A stretch of 64,000 bases of DNA from an uncultured Gammaproteobacteria bacterium. Its GTDB lineage: Bacteria > Patescibacteriota > Microgenomatia > UBA8517. The stretch lies in the NCBI GenBank assembly GCA_964583105.1, contig CAZOUV010000001.1, forward strand, positions 1,617 to 65,616. Reading direction: 5' to 3'. Within the stretch, counting starts at the first letter, position 1. Every line of letters begins with the position of its first letter. A program made the position numbers and the translations under genes. The notes beneath the pieces are model-generated. The model did not search any database and was not told the DNA's origin. It saw nothing but the letters and a program-made list of their open reading frames with translations. Shown here in pieces: positions 37,957 through 47,858 of the stretch.

Positions 37957-39030
37957 ATGCAGGATATAAAAGAAAGAATAAACAATCTTTTTTCAAGACT
38001 CGAGAAATTAAAAGAAGCCTTTAATTTAATTGAAAAAAGGAAACAAATAGAAATTCTTGAAGCAGAATCTTCAAAGCCTGATTTATGGAACGATCAGGAA
38101 AAAGCAAAAAAAGTTTTAAGGGAACTTTCGGATTTGAAAAAAGAACTTTCGGAAATAGATGACTTAACGGGTACAATTTCAACACTCAAAGAACTTAACG
38201 ATCAAAATTCTGTTACTTCAGATTTAGAAAAGGAAGTTGTAGCTGCGGAGAAAAAATTGCATGAATTTGAACTTAAATCTTTTCTTTCGGGAGAATATGA
38301 TCAAACAGGTGCGGTAATGGCAATTCATGCCGGTCAGGGAGGCACTGAGGCGATGGATTGGACAAGCATGCTTTTTAGGATGTACCTTCGTTTTTGCGAG
38401 AGACGTGGTTGGCCAACTCAGATTTTAGATTCAACCAATGGGGAAGAAGCCGGAATTAAAAGTATTACATTCGGTGTTGAAGGGTCCTATGCTTACGGTT
38501 ATCTTAAAAAAGAGGCGGGAACCCATAGACTTGTAAGACAATCTCCATTTAATGCTGACAAATTAAGACAAACGTCCTTTGCGCTTGTTGAAGTATTACC
38601 GGAGTTGGGGGATAGCGATCTTCCGGATATTGAAATAAAGGAGGAAGATTTGGAATGGGGTTTTTTCAGGTCTTCTTCCAAAGGGGGGCAGAATGTACAG
38701 AAAGTTTCAACAGCGGTAAGACTTGTGCATAAACCGACAGGTATTGTAGTAACAGCACAAAATGAAAGATTTCAGGAGCAAAACAGAAAGATTGCGCTGG
38801 GACTTTTAAGAGGTAAACTATGGCTTTTAAAGAAGGTTGAAGCGGAAAATACCAAAAAGGGTTTAAAGGGTGATTATAGACCTGCTTCGTGGGGTACACA
38901 AATAAGATCATACGTACTTCATCCATATAAAATGGTTAAGGATTTAAGGACTAATGTGGAAACCGGAAACCCCGAAAGTGTTTTAGACGGAGAAATCGAA
39001 GAATTTATTGAAGCGGAATTAAAAAATTAA
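37957..39030 (+). CDS. prfB: peptide chain release factor 2, uninterrupted ORF
   Basis: SPF tripeptide (RQSPFNA) and GGQ motif. There is no internal in-frame stop or +1 frameshift site. Confidence 0.9.
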   Translation: MQDIKERINNLFSRLEKLKEAFNLIEKRKQIEILEAESSKPDLWNDQEKAKKVLRELSDLKKELSEIDDLTGTISTLKELNDQNSVTSDLEKEVVAAEKKLHEFELKSFLSGEYDQTGAVMAIHAGQGGTEAMDWTSMLFRMYLRFCERRGWPTQILDSTNGEEAGIKSITFGVEGSYAYGYLKKEAGTHRLVRQSPFNADKLRQTSFALVEVLPELGDSDLPDIEIKEEDLEWGFFRSSSKGGQNVQKVSTAVRLVHKPTGIVVTAQNERFQEQNRKIALGLLRGKLWLLKKVEAENTKKGLKGDYRPASWGTQIRSYVLHPYKMVKDLRTNVETGNPESVLDGEIEEFIEAELKN

Positions 39031-39085
39031 TTATTAAATCAGCCAGTAGACTGACAATTGACTTGTGTGCTATATTGTTTCTGCA

Positions 39086-39538
39086 ATGGATACAAATTCT
39101 CAGTACCAGTCACAAAATCCTGTTTCAACTATTGTTAAAAAGTTTCCCGCGGGCGGATTTAAGAAGTTTTGGCCATACATTTTAGGATCATTTCTTGTTG
39201 TTTTATTAGGAGTTGGGGCTGGATGGTTACTTACCAAAAATAAAGGATCAGCTGCAGTCGCTCCCGGTGCTAAAAATACGGCCAACGTAGCAGGAATTAA
39301 TGATACATCCACATTTAAAGACGAAGCAGAGGGTTTATTGGAGGAGGGTGGAATTTCGGGTGAAGGCCAATATCACCTTACCCGTTCGGGAGGGGTTTCC
39401 CAGACGGTTTACCTTACTTCAACATCCGTTGATTTAAGTATTTTTGTGGGGAAAAAGGTAAAGGTTTGGGGACAGACCCTTTCGGCTCGCAAAGCAGGCT
39501 GGCTAATGGATGTAGGTAAAATTCAGGTAGTCGAATAA
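39086..39538 (+). CDS. hypothetical membrane-anchored protein
   Basis: The track start is GTG 39065. A TG-extended -10 (tgctatatt) sits just upstream of ATG 39086, so 39086 is preferred (possibly leaderless). Confidence 0.35.
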   Translation: MDTNSQYQSQNPVSTIVKKFPAGGFKKFWPYILGSFLVVLLGVGAGWLLTKNKGSAAVAPGAKNTANVAGINDTSTFKDEAEGLLEEGGISGEGQYHLTRSGGVSQTVYLTSTSVDLSIFVGKKVKVWGQTLSARKAGWLMDVGKIQVVE

Positions 39539-39560
39539 TTCTTCATCTGCTACACTTAGG

Positions 39561-40217
39561 TTGATGATTAAATTCGAAAAAGTAACCAAGGCTTACGGTG
39601 ATGTTTGTGCTTTAAAAGATGCTTCATTTGAGATTAAAGATGGAGAATTTGTTTTTTTAACAGGTGCGACAGGTGCAGGAAAAACGACAATTATTAAACT
39701 GATAATTTCTGAGATATCTCCAAATCAGGGAAAAATATATTTTCAGGGAAACGATATTGCAAAAATATCCGAGAAAGACCTTCCCAAACTTAGACAAAAA
39801 ATCGGATGTGTTTTCCAAGATTTTAAACTTCTTAACGAAAAAACGGTTTATGAAAATATTGAGATAGCCCTTGCAGTTTTAGAAATTCCCGAATCGAAAT
39901 GGAAAGACAGAATTGAAAAAGTTTTAAAAACCGTAGGACTTGAAGAGAGAAAAAACCTCTTTCCTTCACAACTTTCGGGGGGAGAAATTCAAAGAGTATC
40001 ATTGGCAAGGGCATTGGTTGTAAATCCAGATCTTATACTCGCAGATGAGCCCACCGGAAATCTTGATTGGAAAAAAGCGGGCGAAATAATTGATCTTTTA
40101 GACGAGATTAATAAACAGGGAAAAACTGTTGTTGTTGTAATTCATAATGAGGAAATAGTAAAAAGGATGAAAAAAAGGGTAATTAAGCTTGTAGATGGTA
40201 AAATAATTAAAGAATGA
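39561..40217 (+). CDS. ftsE: cell-division ABC ATPase FtsE
   Basis: Walker A GATGAGKTT, signature LSGGEIQRV, Walker [12 protein letters not shown]. 218 aa. Confidence 0.9.
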   Translation: MMIKFEKVTKAYGDVCALKDASFEIKDGEFVFLTGATGAGKTTIIKLIISEISPNQGKIYFQGNDIAKISEKDLPKLRQKIGCVFQDFKLLNEKTVYENIEIALAVLEIPESKWKDRIEKVLKTVGLEERKNLFPSQLSGGEIQRVSLARALVVNPDLILADEPTGNLDWKKAGEIIDLLDEINKQGKTVVVVIHNEEIVKRMKKRVIKLVDGKIIKE

Positions 40218-41128
40218 ATTTCCATACCAAATCGGCAATAACTTCAATTAAAAGGTTTCCCTTTCAGTCTATTGCCGCAATTTTTCTTTTAACAATTACA
40301 TTTTTAGTGGTTACCGTTCTTTCAGTTGTTGCCTATTCATCAAGCAAAGTCATTAAGTATTTTGAGACAAGACCTCAGGTAATTGCTTTTTTAAAAGACA
40401 GTTCAACAACAGAAACAATATCGGCCCTTCAACATAAACTTCAGGAGGATGTAAGAGTAAAAGAAGTAAAATATGTTTCCAAAGAGGAAGCCCTTTCAAT
40501 ATATAAAGATGCGACTGTTGACAATCCTTTGCTGGGGGAACTTGTAAACCCATCTATTTTTCCTGCAAGTTTGGAATTTTCTTTAAGCGATTTATCAAAT
40601 GCTCAGGAGCTTATTACGGAAGTTAAAGAAGAGGCAATTGTTGATTCGGTTGGTTTTACAGCAAGTTTGGGAGGAGAAAAGTCACTGGATGATGCAGTGG
40701 AGCGCTTAAAAAACATTACTATGTATCTTAAGATTGGAGGGGGTATCTTTGCACTTCTTTTATTGGGGACTTCATTTTTGGTTTTGGTTGTTACATTGGG
40801 AATGAGAATTGCTTCAAGGAAAGAAGAGGTTGAAATACTTAATTTAATAGGTGCCAAAAAAAGTTTTATTAAAAAACCTATTGTAACAGAATCAATAATT
40901 TATGCGGTTTCCGGTGTTTTGATGGGATGGCTAATCACAGTAATTATTATTCTCTATCTAGCTCCCTCGATAATTTCCTATTTTGGTGAAATTCCAGTTC
41001 TTCCCCGCGCACCTTTGATGTTTCTTTCTCTTTTTGGAATTATTCTTCTGGGAGAGCTTGTTGTGGGAATTTTGTTGGCCAGTCTTGGAAGCAATTTAGC
41101 TCTTTCCAGGACAAGCCGCAAAAAATGA
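40214..41128 (+). CDS. ftsX: cell-division permease FtsX
   Basis: TM1, a large extracellular domain, then 3 TM helices at the C-terminus. Overlaps ftsE by 4 nt. Confidence 0.85.
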   Translation: MNFHTKSAITSIKRFPFQSIAAIFLLTITFLVVTVLSVVAYSSSKVIKYFETRPQVIAFLKDSSTTETISALQHKLQEDVRVKEVKYVSKEEALSIYKDATVDNPLLGELVNPSIFPASLEFSLSDLSNAQELITEVKEEAIVDSVGFTASLGGEKSLDDAVERLKNITMYLKIGGGIFALLLLGTSFLVLVVTLGMRIASRKEEVEILNLIGAKKSFIKKPIVTESIIYAVSGVLMGWLITVIIILYLAPSIISYFGEIPVLPRAPLMFLSLFGIILLGELVVGILLASLGSNLALSRTSRKK

Positions 41129-42291
41129 AAACTTTGATTAAAAAATTCCCTGTTTTTCTGATTTTCTGTGCTATTTTCCTCCCATTTTTATTGACAGGAT
41201 CAAGAGTCTCGGGTCAAACCTGCGGAAGCGTTGAAGACTGCGAAAAACTTATAGGAGAATATCAGAACCAAGTGACCAAACTGCAAAGTCAGGCAAATAC
41301 CCTTTCGAACCAGATTGCTCAGTTTAATGCCCAGATATCTTTGACATCATTAAAGATAAAACAGACTGAGGAAAAAATTTCTCTTTTAGGGGGAAGAATA
41401 GATCAATTGGAGGTTTCTCTTGACGACTTAACCAGAGCATTTGCTTCAAGAGTGGTAGAAACATATAAATTGGCAAAAACCGGAAATACGTTGTTTTTTC
41501 TTCTAACATCGAATAATTTAAATGAAGCAGTTTCCAGATTTCACTACCTTCAGCTTGTTCAAAAGGAAGACGGAAATTTTCTTCAGAGGCTTCAGGCTGC
41601 CCAAATAAGCTACAAGACTCAAAAAACGGATCAGGAAGAGCTGCAGAAAGAATTGCAAAAAGAAAAAGCAACACTTAATGCACAAAAAGTTGCTAAGGCA
41701 AATTTACTTTCCGCAACCAAAAATGATGAAGCAAAATATCAATCATTGATTTCTTCGGCTAGAGCACAGCTTTCGGCATTCAGAAGCTACGTAACCCGTC
41801 AGGGAGGGGCAAGTATTCTTTCGAATCAGACAAAATGTGATGGATGGGGTTGTTACTATAACCAAAGAGATGCTCTTTGGGGTAATATCAGTTTGGGAGG
41901 ATCTTCATATACAGTTGCTGAATACGGCTGTTTGGTTACTTCCGTTTCAATGATTGCGAGTCATTACGGAAAAAGTATAAAACCCAACGACATAGCGGTT
42001 AATTCAAGTTATTTTGTTCCCGGAACGGGTTATCTCTATCATTCTGTTTCAGGAATGCCGTTTAGCTTAAGCACAGTATCTAAAAGTATTCTTGATTCGG
42101 AACTTTCAGCAGGAAGGCCGGTTATTGCAGGTCTTTACGGGGGTCCCGACCATTTTATAGTTATATTAAAAAAAGAAGGAGATTCTTATATTATGCATGA
42201 TCCTTTTTTGGAAAACGGTTCAAACAGAAAACTTACGGATAAATATAATGTATCTGATATTACCAGTTTAAGGTTGGTTCAATTCAATTGA
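41125..42291 (+). CDS. PcsB-like peptidoglycan hydrolase: N-terminal coiled-coil + C-terminal cysteine peptidase (CHAP/C39-like)
   Basis: Signal peptide and heptad-rich coiled-coil (residues about 40-220). C-terminal GCLVTSVSMIASHYG Cys context and HDPF His. Translationally coupled to ftsX. Confidence 0.55.
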   Translation: MKTLIKKFPVFLIFCAIFLPFLLTGSRVSGQTCGSVEDCEKLIGEYQNQVTKLQSQANTLSNQIAQFNAQISLTSLKIKQTEEKISLLGGRIDQLEVSLDDLTRAFASRVVETYKLAKTGNTLFFLLTSNNLNEAVSRFHYLQLVQKEDGNFLQRLQAAQISYKTQKTDQEELQKELQKEKATLNAQKVAKANLLSATKNDEAKYQSLISSARAQLSAFRSYVTRQGGASILSNQTKCDGWGCYYNQRDALWGNISLGGSSYTVAEYGCLVTSVSMIASHYGKSIKPNDIAVNSSYFVPGTGYLYHSVSGMPFSLSTVSKSILDSELSAGRPVIAGLYGGPDHFIVILKKEGDSYIMHDPFLENGSNRKLTDKYNVSDITSLRLVQFN

Positions 42292-43097
42292 AAAAAGCAT
42301 TTAGTTATTTGATTTTTGCATGTTTATTTTTGTTTGTTTTTGCTTCCGAAATTAAATCTGCGGCTAAAATTACGATATCGAACCCTGTTGTTTCAAGTGA
42401 TGAAGTAACAATTCAGGTATATATTGAAGACTTAACATCGAAAAATTATCTTCAGGGGATGTTTACAAAATCGACTTCCAATCCATCATATTTTGGTTAT
42501 ACGCAGAATAATATAGGTGATTGGTATAAATATGTGGGAGATCCAGAAAAAACAGAAATTCAATCGACGTTTTTTTCTTTTACTCCCCAAGATGCCAGCT
42601 GGTCTGGTCAATTAAAAATTAAGAATGATACTGCGGATCCGGACTATACCGGACCCGGTGACTATTTTCTTAGAGTAAGACGTTATACTGGAGAGTCTTC
42701 TTCTGGACCAACAGGAGATCCCTCAAACGATATAGTAGTTCAACTTAGTTTTGTTCTACCTACTCCAACTCCCACAGAGACTCCGATTCCGACAACTGCT
42801 CCAACTGTAACTCCAACAATAAATCCTACACCTACCCCAACAAAAACATCCACACCAGCCCCTTCAAAAACCCCGTCACCAAGACCAACTTTGGATTCGG
42901 TGGCAGTAGAAACATCGGAAAGTTTAGTTCTTGGTTTAAGGGATACTATTTTTACCCCTGAGGCTTCACCTGAAGATGAAGATGTTGAAGAAAAGAAATT
43001 TCCTGTATTTCCGGTTATACTGATAGTTACCGGTTTTTTGTGTATTGTAGGTGCTGTATTTTTCTTTATTAAGAATAATGTTAAAAAAGATATTTAA
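42288..43097 (+). CDS. secreted Pro/Thr-rich surface protein with a C-terminal TM + basic tail
   Basis: Signal peptide, globular domain, (PT)n linker, C-terminal hydrophobic helix + KNNVKKDI. Confidence 0.45.
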   Translation: MKKAFSYLIFACLFLFVFASEIKSAAKITISNPVVSSDEVTIQVYIEDLTSKNYLQGMFTKSTSNPSYFGYTQNNIGDWYKYVGDPEKTEIQSTFFSFTPQDASWSGQLKIKNDTADPDYTGPGDYFLRVRRYTGESSSGPTGDPSNDIVVQLSFVLPTPTPTETPIPTTAPTVTPTINPTPTPTKTSTPAPSKTPSPRPTLDSVAVETSESLVLGLRDTIFTPEASPEDEDVEEKKFPVFPVILIVTGFLCIVGAVFFFIKNNVKKDI

Positions 43098-43440
43098 ATA
43101 TTGGTTTCCGGTACTGTTTTGGGCTTTAATAATATTTTCCTTTTCATCTTTTTCGACAACATCAACATCCGATATTTATTGGCAGGATTTTATAGTCAAA
43201 AAAACTGCACACATGGTTGAGTATGGTATTTTGGCCCTTCTTCTCTATAGGGCTTTTAGGGGTTATAAACTTAATAAAACAAGGGCTGTGATTTTATCGA
43301 TTTTACTTGCAGGAATTTATGGAGTAAGTGATGAGTTTCATCAGTCTTTTACTCCGGGCAGAGAACCGCACATAAGAGATGTTGCTTTTGATACAATAGG
43401 AGCAAGTTTGGCAATGCTTGTAATATGGAAAAAATTTTAA
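43078..43440 (+). CDS. VanZ-like membrane protein
   Basis: GVSDEFHQSFTPGREPHIRDVAFDTIGA resembles the VanZ DExxQxxxPxR motif. 3-4 TM. Confidence 0.55.
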   Translation: MLKKIFKYWFPVLFWALIIFSFSSFSTTSTSDIYWQDFIVKKTAHMVEYGILALLLYRAFRGYKLNKTRAVILSILLAGIYGVSDEFHQSFTPGREPHIRDVAFDTIGASLAMLVIWKKF

Positions 43441-44405
43441 TAACAGGAGGGGCAGGCTACATAGGTTCCTTTATGGCAAGACACCTTAGGCAGAAAGGTT
43501 TTGAAGTAGTTATTGTCGACAACCTATCTCAGGGACACAAAGAAGCGGTTCAGGGGTTTGATTTAAGAGTAATGGATTTAGTTAAAGAGTCCCAAAAGGT
43601 GAATGAACTATTTGAGAAAGAGAAGTTTTCTGGAGTTATACATATGGCATCTTTTATTCAGATGGGAGAATCTTTTATAAATCCCTCCAAATACTTTCAG
43701 AACAATTTGATAGCCGCCTTAAATGTAATGGACGCGATGGTCAAGAATAAAGTATCCAATTTTATTCTTTCTTCTTCAGCCGGAGTATACGGAAATCCAG
43801 AAAGTCTGCCGATTAAGGAAGATGACAAAAAGGAACCCCTCAACCCATATGGAGAAACAAAATACATGATTGAAAGAATGCTTGATTGTTATGACAAGGC
43901 ATATGGACTTAAATTTATGGCCATAAGATATTTTAATGCAGCAGGAGCCGCACTGGATGGCTCAATTGGTGAAGATCATCCTCAGGAAAGTCACCTAATA
44001 CCCTTAATTATTAAAGCAGGTTTAAAAAAGGAGAAGTTTACAATTTTCGGAAACGATTATAAAACTAAAGACGGAACATGTATTAGGGACTATATTCATG
44101 TTTTGGATCTTGTAGAAACACATGAGCTGGCCTTAAAAAAGTTACTTAATGGAGCAGAGAGCAATTTCTATAATGCGGGTGTGGGAAAAGGATATTCCAA
44201 TAACGAAATAATTGAAACGGTAAGAAAAGTTACTGGTCTTTCAATAGAAGTTGAATACGGGCCGAGGAGAAAAGGTGATGCGGATTCCCTTTACGCCTCT
44301 AATGAAAAGATAAAGAAAGAATTGGGATGGGAACCTAAATATGACATTGAAAAGATAGTGGAAACTGCCTACCTGTGGCACAAAAAACACCCAGAGGGAT
44401 ATTAA
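43425..44405 (+). CDS. galE: UDP-glucose 4-epimerase
   Basis: TGGAGYIGS Rossmann motif, the YxxxK catalytic pair (YGETKYMIE), and GalE length. Confidence 0.9.
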   Translation: MEKILITGGAGYIGSFMARHLRQKGFEVVIVDNLSQGHKEAVQGFDLRVMDLVKESQKVNELFEKEKFSGVIHMASFIQMGESFINPSKYFQNNLIAALNVMDAMVKNKVSNFILSSSAGVYGNPESLPIKEDDKKEPLNPYGETKYMIERMLDCYDKAYGLKFMAIRYFNAAGAALDGSIGEDHPQESHLIPLIIKAGLKKEKFTIFGNDYKTKDGTCIRDYIHVLDLVETHELALKKLLNGAESNFYNAGVGKGYSNNEIIETVRKVTGLSIEVEYGPRRKGDADSLYASNEKIKKELGWEPKYDIEKIVETAYLWHKKHPEGY

Positions 44406-44448
44406 ACATAGCACCCCTTTTCCTTTAAGGACCATATTTTGGGGAAAT

Positions 44449-45126
44449 GTGCATCCTATAATCTACTTCTTGACAAATCCTATAATCGGTTTTAGAATAG
44501 TCCAGTTCATGAGAAAGTATATTACACCGTTGGTTTTAATAAACGTCCTTTTGGTCGTTTTTGCCTTTGTGCTTTTTACATCTAAATCTCCAAATATTGT
44601 TATTGCTGGTACATGCAAAACTGAAAATGCTGAATGTGATATCAATGATAGTAATAAAATTTGTTGCCCAGGTTTAGTTTGTATGGATCACGGTGTTCCT
44701 TCAGATAATGGTAAGTGCGAATTGGCTTCTTCCCCAACAGCAACACCGACAGCAACACCAACGGCTACACCTACAGCTACTCCGACTGGTAGACCTACAC
44801 CTACTCCTACTATAGAACCTACGGTAACACCTACTCCGGAGGAAAGTTCCACTCCTACGCCGGAATCTAGTGCCACGCCAACACCCTCTGCATCAAATCC
44901 TCCTTCCTGTGGAGAAAATGAACATCTAGATGCAAGTGGAACAAAATGTGTAAGCTTTAGTGTTCCCGGAGTTCCCGAATCATCTTCCGGAACAGGAGGA
45001 CAGGTATTGGGTGCTTCTACAATGGCAGGAACGGGTGTTGTTGAAGATACTATCTTTAATTTGATTTTTATCTTCGGAGCTGGTCTTACAGCCTTAGGTT
45101 TAAGAAAGTTCAGAACCGCTATATAA
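44449..45126 (+). CDS. secreted Cys-rich / (PTAT)n-repeat protein with a C-terminal sorting-signal-like tail
   Basis: N-terminal TM/signal, a Cys-rich module, PTAT repeats, and the C-terminus ...STMAGTG-VVEDTIF-[hydrophobic 17 aa]-RKFRTAI. Confidence 0.5.
   Translation: MHPIIYFLTNPIIGFRIVQFMRKYITPLVLINVLLVVFAFVLFTSKSPNIVIAGTCKTENAECDINDSNKICCPGLVCMDHGVPSDNGKCELASSPTATPTATPTATPTATPTGRPTPTPTIEPTVTPTPEESSTPTPESSATPTPSASNPPSCGENEHLDASGTKCVSFSVPGVPESSSGTGGQVLGASTMAGTGVVEDTIFNLIFIFGAGLTALGLRKFRTAI
44734..44790 (+). repeat. 12-bp tandem repeat encoding (PTAT)n
   Basis: ccaacagcaacaccgacagcaacaccaacggctacacctacagctactccgact. Confidence 0.7.
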
Positions 45127-45132
45127 TAGTGG

Positions 45133-45702
45133 TTGATGAAAAAAATCTTCAGTAAGCTAATTCAAGCCTATAGACAGGAAAAACAGGGTTCTATCTTGCT
45201 TATTTCCGGTATATTTCTTCTTTCTGTATTTTCCTTATGGCGTTTCCATCAGGCAAGAATTTTATCCTTTAATGCCAAAGAAGTTTCGGAAGTAGTTTTG
45301 TCAACCGGTATAAAACCGGTGTATATAAAAAGTTATCCTGTAGGGGTAGATATAGGAGTAAAAGAGACTGTTATTAGAGATGGGGTTTGGGTAATTCAGC
45401 CTAATCATGCAAGCTATCTTCTAACCTCGGCAGGAATAGGTGATAAAGGGAATATGATTATTTACGGACATAATAAAGATGATATCTTAGGTCCCGTAAG
45501 ATATATTCAGATCGGAGCAAAAATTGAGATTGAAGGAAGTGACGGCAATACCTACTTTTATGATGTTGTAAAAACAGATACGGTAGACCCCGATAATTTA
45601 AACTACATTTTGCCCAAAAATGAAGAAACATTAACCCTTTACACCTGCAGTGGTTTTTTAGACTCAAAAAGGTTTATAGTTATAGCTAAAAGAACCATTT
45701 AA
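45133..45702 (+). CDS. sortase family transpeptidase
   Basis: N-terminal TM, His in IYGHN, TLTLYTCSG (TLxTC catalytic Cys), Arg in KRFIV. Confidence 0.75.
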   Translation: MMKKIFSKLIQAYRQEKQGSILLISGIFLLSVFSLWRFHQARILSFNAKEVSEVVLSTGIKPVYIKSYPVGVDIGVKETVIRDGVWVIQPNHASYLLTSAGIGDKGNMIIYGHNKDDILGPVRYIQIGAKIEIEGSDGNTYFYDVVKTDTVDPDNLNYILPKNEETLTLYTCSGFLDSKRFIVIAKRTI

Positions 45703-45749
45703 TTTCAGTATATCTTCGCAAAAGGCAAAAAAAGAGTTAATATGAATGG

Positions 45750-46673
45750 ATGAAATTTATTCATAGAATTGCCCATGTGGTTTTTCCCAGAGAATCGAAT
45801 AATCACAAAGCAAAGATTCTTCATAATTCCAGTCTTACCCTAATTACATTTGCTTTTATTCTCTATCAGCTTATTATTTCTTTTGTTCCTCGTTTTGCTC
45901 CAAATATTTTAGGGTTTGCTGCAAATATTTCTCCAGATGAAGTTGTTAGGCTTACCAATGAAAAAAGGTCCCAGGCGGGACTTCCGGCACTTACATTGAA
46001 CATGACACTTTCCCAGGCTGCGCAAGCTAAAGGGGCGGATATGCTTAATAAAGGCTACTGGTCTCATGTAGCACCTGATGGAACCCAACCATGGTCTTTT
46101 TTTACCAATTTCGGCTATAAATATCGCTATGCCGGAGAGAACTTGGCCAGAGATTTTTCTTCTCCCTCCGCTGCAGTTGAAGCTTGGATGAATTCTGCTT
46201 CACATAGGGAAAATCTTCTTTCCTCAAAGTATAAAGAAATTGGAATTGGAGTAATTGAAGGAAATCTGGCGGGAGTAGATACAACAATTATAGTTCAGTT
46301 TTTCGGCACAAAGTATGCGGATAGTATTCCAGCCGCTCCTATTGCAGAGGCCAAAGCGGTTAGTGCTACAGCAACAGCAAAACCTGCAGTACCAGCTGCC
46401 ACACCCGCAGTTGTAATAGTAAAAACCCCTATTCCGACTCCGACACCTACCCCTCCGACGGTTGAAGCAAAAGTTTTAGTTTCGCCGTTTAATGTAACTA
46501 AATCGGTATCTTTGGGGATTGTGGGAGTTTTACTATTGGTTTTGATTGTCGATGGGTTTTTGGTTTCCAAAAGAAGAATTGCCAGAATTGCAGGAAGAAC
46601 CTTTGCTCATATTGCCTTTTTAGGAATGATACTGGCAATTGTATTAATACTTAAGGCAGGACAAATAATATGA
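45750..46673 (+). CDS. CAP/SCP/PR-1 domain protein with a PT-rich linker and C-terminal TM anchor
   Basis: GYWSHVAPDG ... YAGENLA ... AVEAWMNSASHRENLL are CAP motifs. Confidence 0.75.
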   Translation: MKFIHRIAHVVFPRESNNHKAKILHNSSLTLITFAFILYQLIISFVPRFAPNILGFAANISPDEVVRLTNEKRSQAGLPALTLNMTLSQAAQAKGADMLNKGYWSHVAPDGTQPWSFFTNFGYKYRYAGENLARDFSSPSAAVEAWMNSASHRENLLSSKYKEIGIGVIEGNLAGVDTTIIVQFFGTKYADSIPAAPIAEAKAVSATATAKPAVPAATPAVVIVKTPIPTPTPTPPTVEAKVLVSPFNVTKSVSLGIVGVLLLVLIVDGFLVSKRRIARIAGRTFAHIAFLGMILAIVLILKAGQII

Positions 46674-46930
46674 AAGGAATGTCTAAACACTTACCGCACT
46701 ATTTTGCACTTTTTGGTATTTTGGTGGTTGGAATAATCGGATTTGCTGTTTTTTCCTACGACAGGATATTTCAAATGATCGTGGCGGTATCTGTTGCAGT
46801 AGCCTATGTTATTTGGGGTTTGGTACATCATTCTATTCACAGAGACCTTTATTTTTCGGTTATTTTGGAATATCTGGCAGTTGCTGCCTTGGGGCTTGTC
46901 ATGGTCTTTTCGTTGATTCTAAGAACCTAA
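46670..46930 (+). CDS. small membrane protein (2 TM), hypothetical
   Basis: ORF overlaps the previous stop. Confidence 0.35.
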   Translation: MKGMSKHLPHYFALFGILVVGIIGFAVFSYDRIFQMIVAVSVAVAYVIWGLVHHSIHRDLYFSVILEYLAVAALGLVMVFSLILRT

Positions 46931-46952
46931 TTTTGTATACTTGTAGCTACCT

Positions 46953-47849
46953 TTGATGAAAAAAGTCACAAAAGCAGTCATCCCCGCAGCAGGCTTTGGT
47001 ACCCGTTTTTTGCCTCAAACCAAGGCTATGCCTAAAGAGATGCTTCCGATCGTGGATAAGCCTATTATTCAATATATAGTTGAAGAGCTGGTTGATGCCG
47101 GAATTAAGGATATTATTATCGTTACGGGATATCATAAAAGGCTGATTGAGGATCATTTTGATTTTCCCAATAAAGACCTCATAGAAAACCTTGAAAATGG
47201 AGGGGAGAAAAAAAAGCCACTTCTCGAAGAAATTAAGCATATTTCGGAACTTGCCAATTTTATTTATGTAAGGCAAAAGGGACCATATGGAAACGGTACT
47301 CCACTTTTGAACGTAAAGCATATTGTTGGAGATGAACCATTTATCTATACATGGAGCGATGATTTTATCGTAGCTGAGCCATCAAGATTTAAACAACTGA
47401 TTGCTGCATATGAAAAATATGGCTGTAGCTCACTGGGGTCAATTGCGGCCACAAGGGACGAAGATTATGATAGATATGGTTTTGCGGGAGGAAAAGAAAT
47501 TGATCCTGGGGTAATTGATGTTGAAACAATCATTGAGAAACCAGGAAAAGAAAATGCTCCCTCGAATTTGGCCAATGTTTCGGGATATTTATTTACACCC
47601 GATATATTTGAATATATTGATCAGGCCCTGGCGGAATTGAAGGAAAATGAGGAGTTTTACTATAACAAGGCACTTGATTTAATGCTTAAAAACGGAAAAA
47701 AGATTGTTGCTGTTGAAATTAAAGGAGGTAAATATTACGATACCGGAAATAAAATGGAATATATGAAGACCGTTGTTGAATTTGCCCTTAAGCACCCCGG
47801 GCTTAACGGGGAGTTTAAAAAATACCTTGCCTCTCTTAAGCTTGAATAA
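46953..47849 (+). CDS. galU: UTP--glucose-1-phosphate uridylyltransferase
   Basis: KAVIPAAGFGTRFLPQTKAMPKEMLPIVDKPIIQY is the N-terminal signature. Confidence 0.9.
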   Translation: MMKKVTKAVIPAAGFGTRFLPQTKAMPKEMLPIVDKPIIQYIVEELVDAGIKDIIIVTGYHKRLIEDHFDFPNKDLIENLENGGEKKKPLLEEIKHISELANFIYVRQKGPYGNGTPLLNVKHIVGDEPFIYTWSDDFIVAEPSRFKQLIAAYEKYGCSSLGSIAATRDEDYDRYGFAGGKEIDPGVIDVETIIEKPGKENAPSNLANVSGYLFTPDIFEYIDQALAELKENEEFYYNKALDLMLKNGKKIVAVEIKGGKYYDTGNKMEYMKTVVEFALKHPGLNGEFKKYLASLKLE

Positions 47850-47858
47850 TATTTAAAA

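Noticed and set aside
37957-39030. Looked for the programmed +1 frameshift usually found in prfB.
   Set aside because: The reading frame is continuous from ATG to stop, with SPF and GGQ in one frame. There is no frameshift here.
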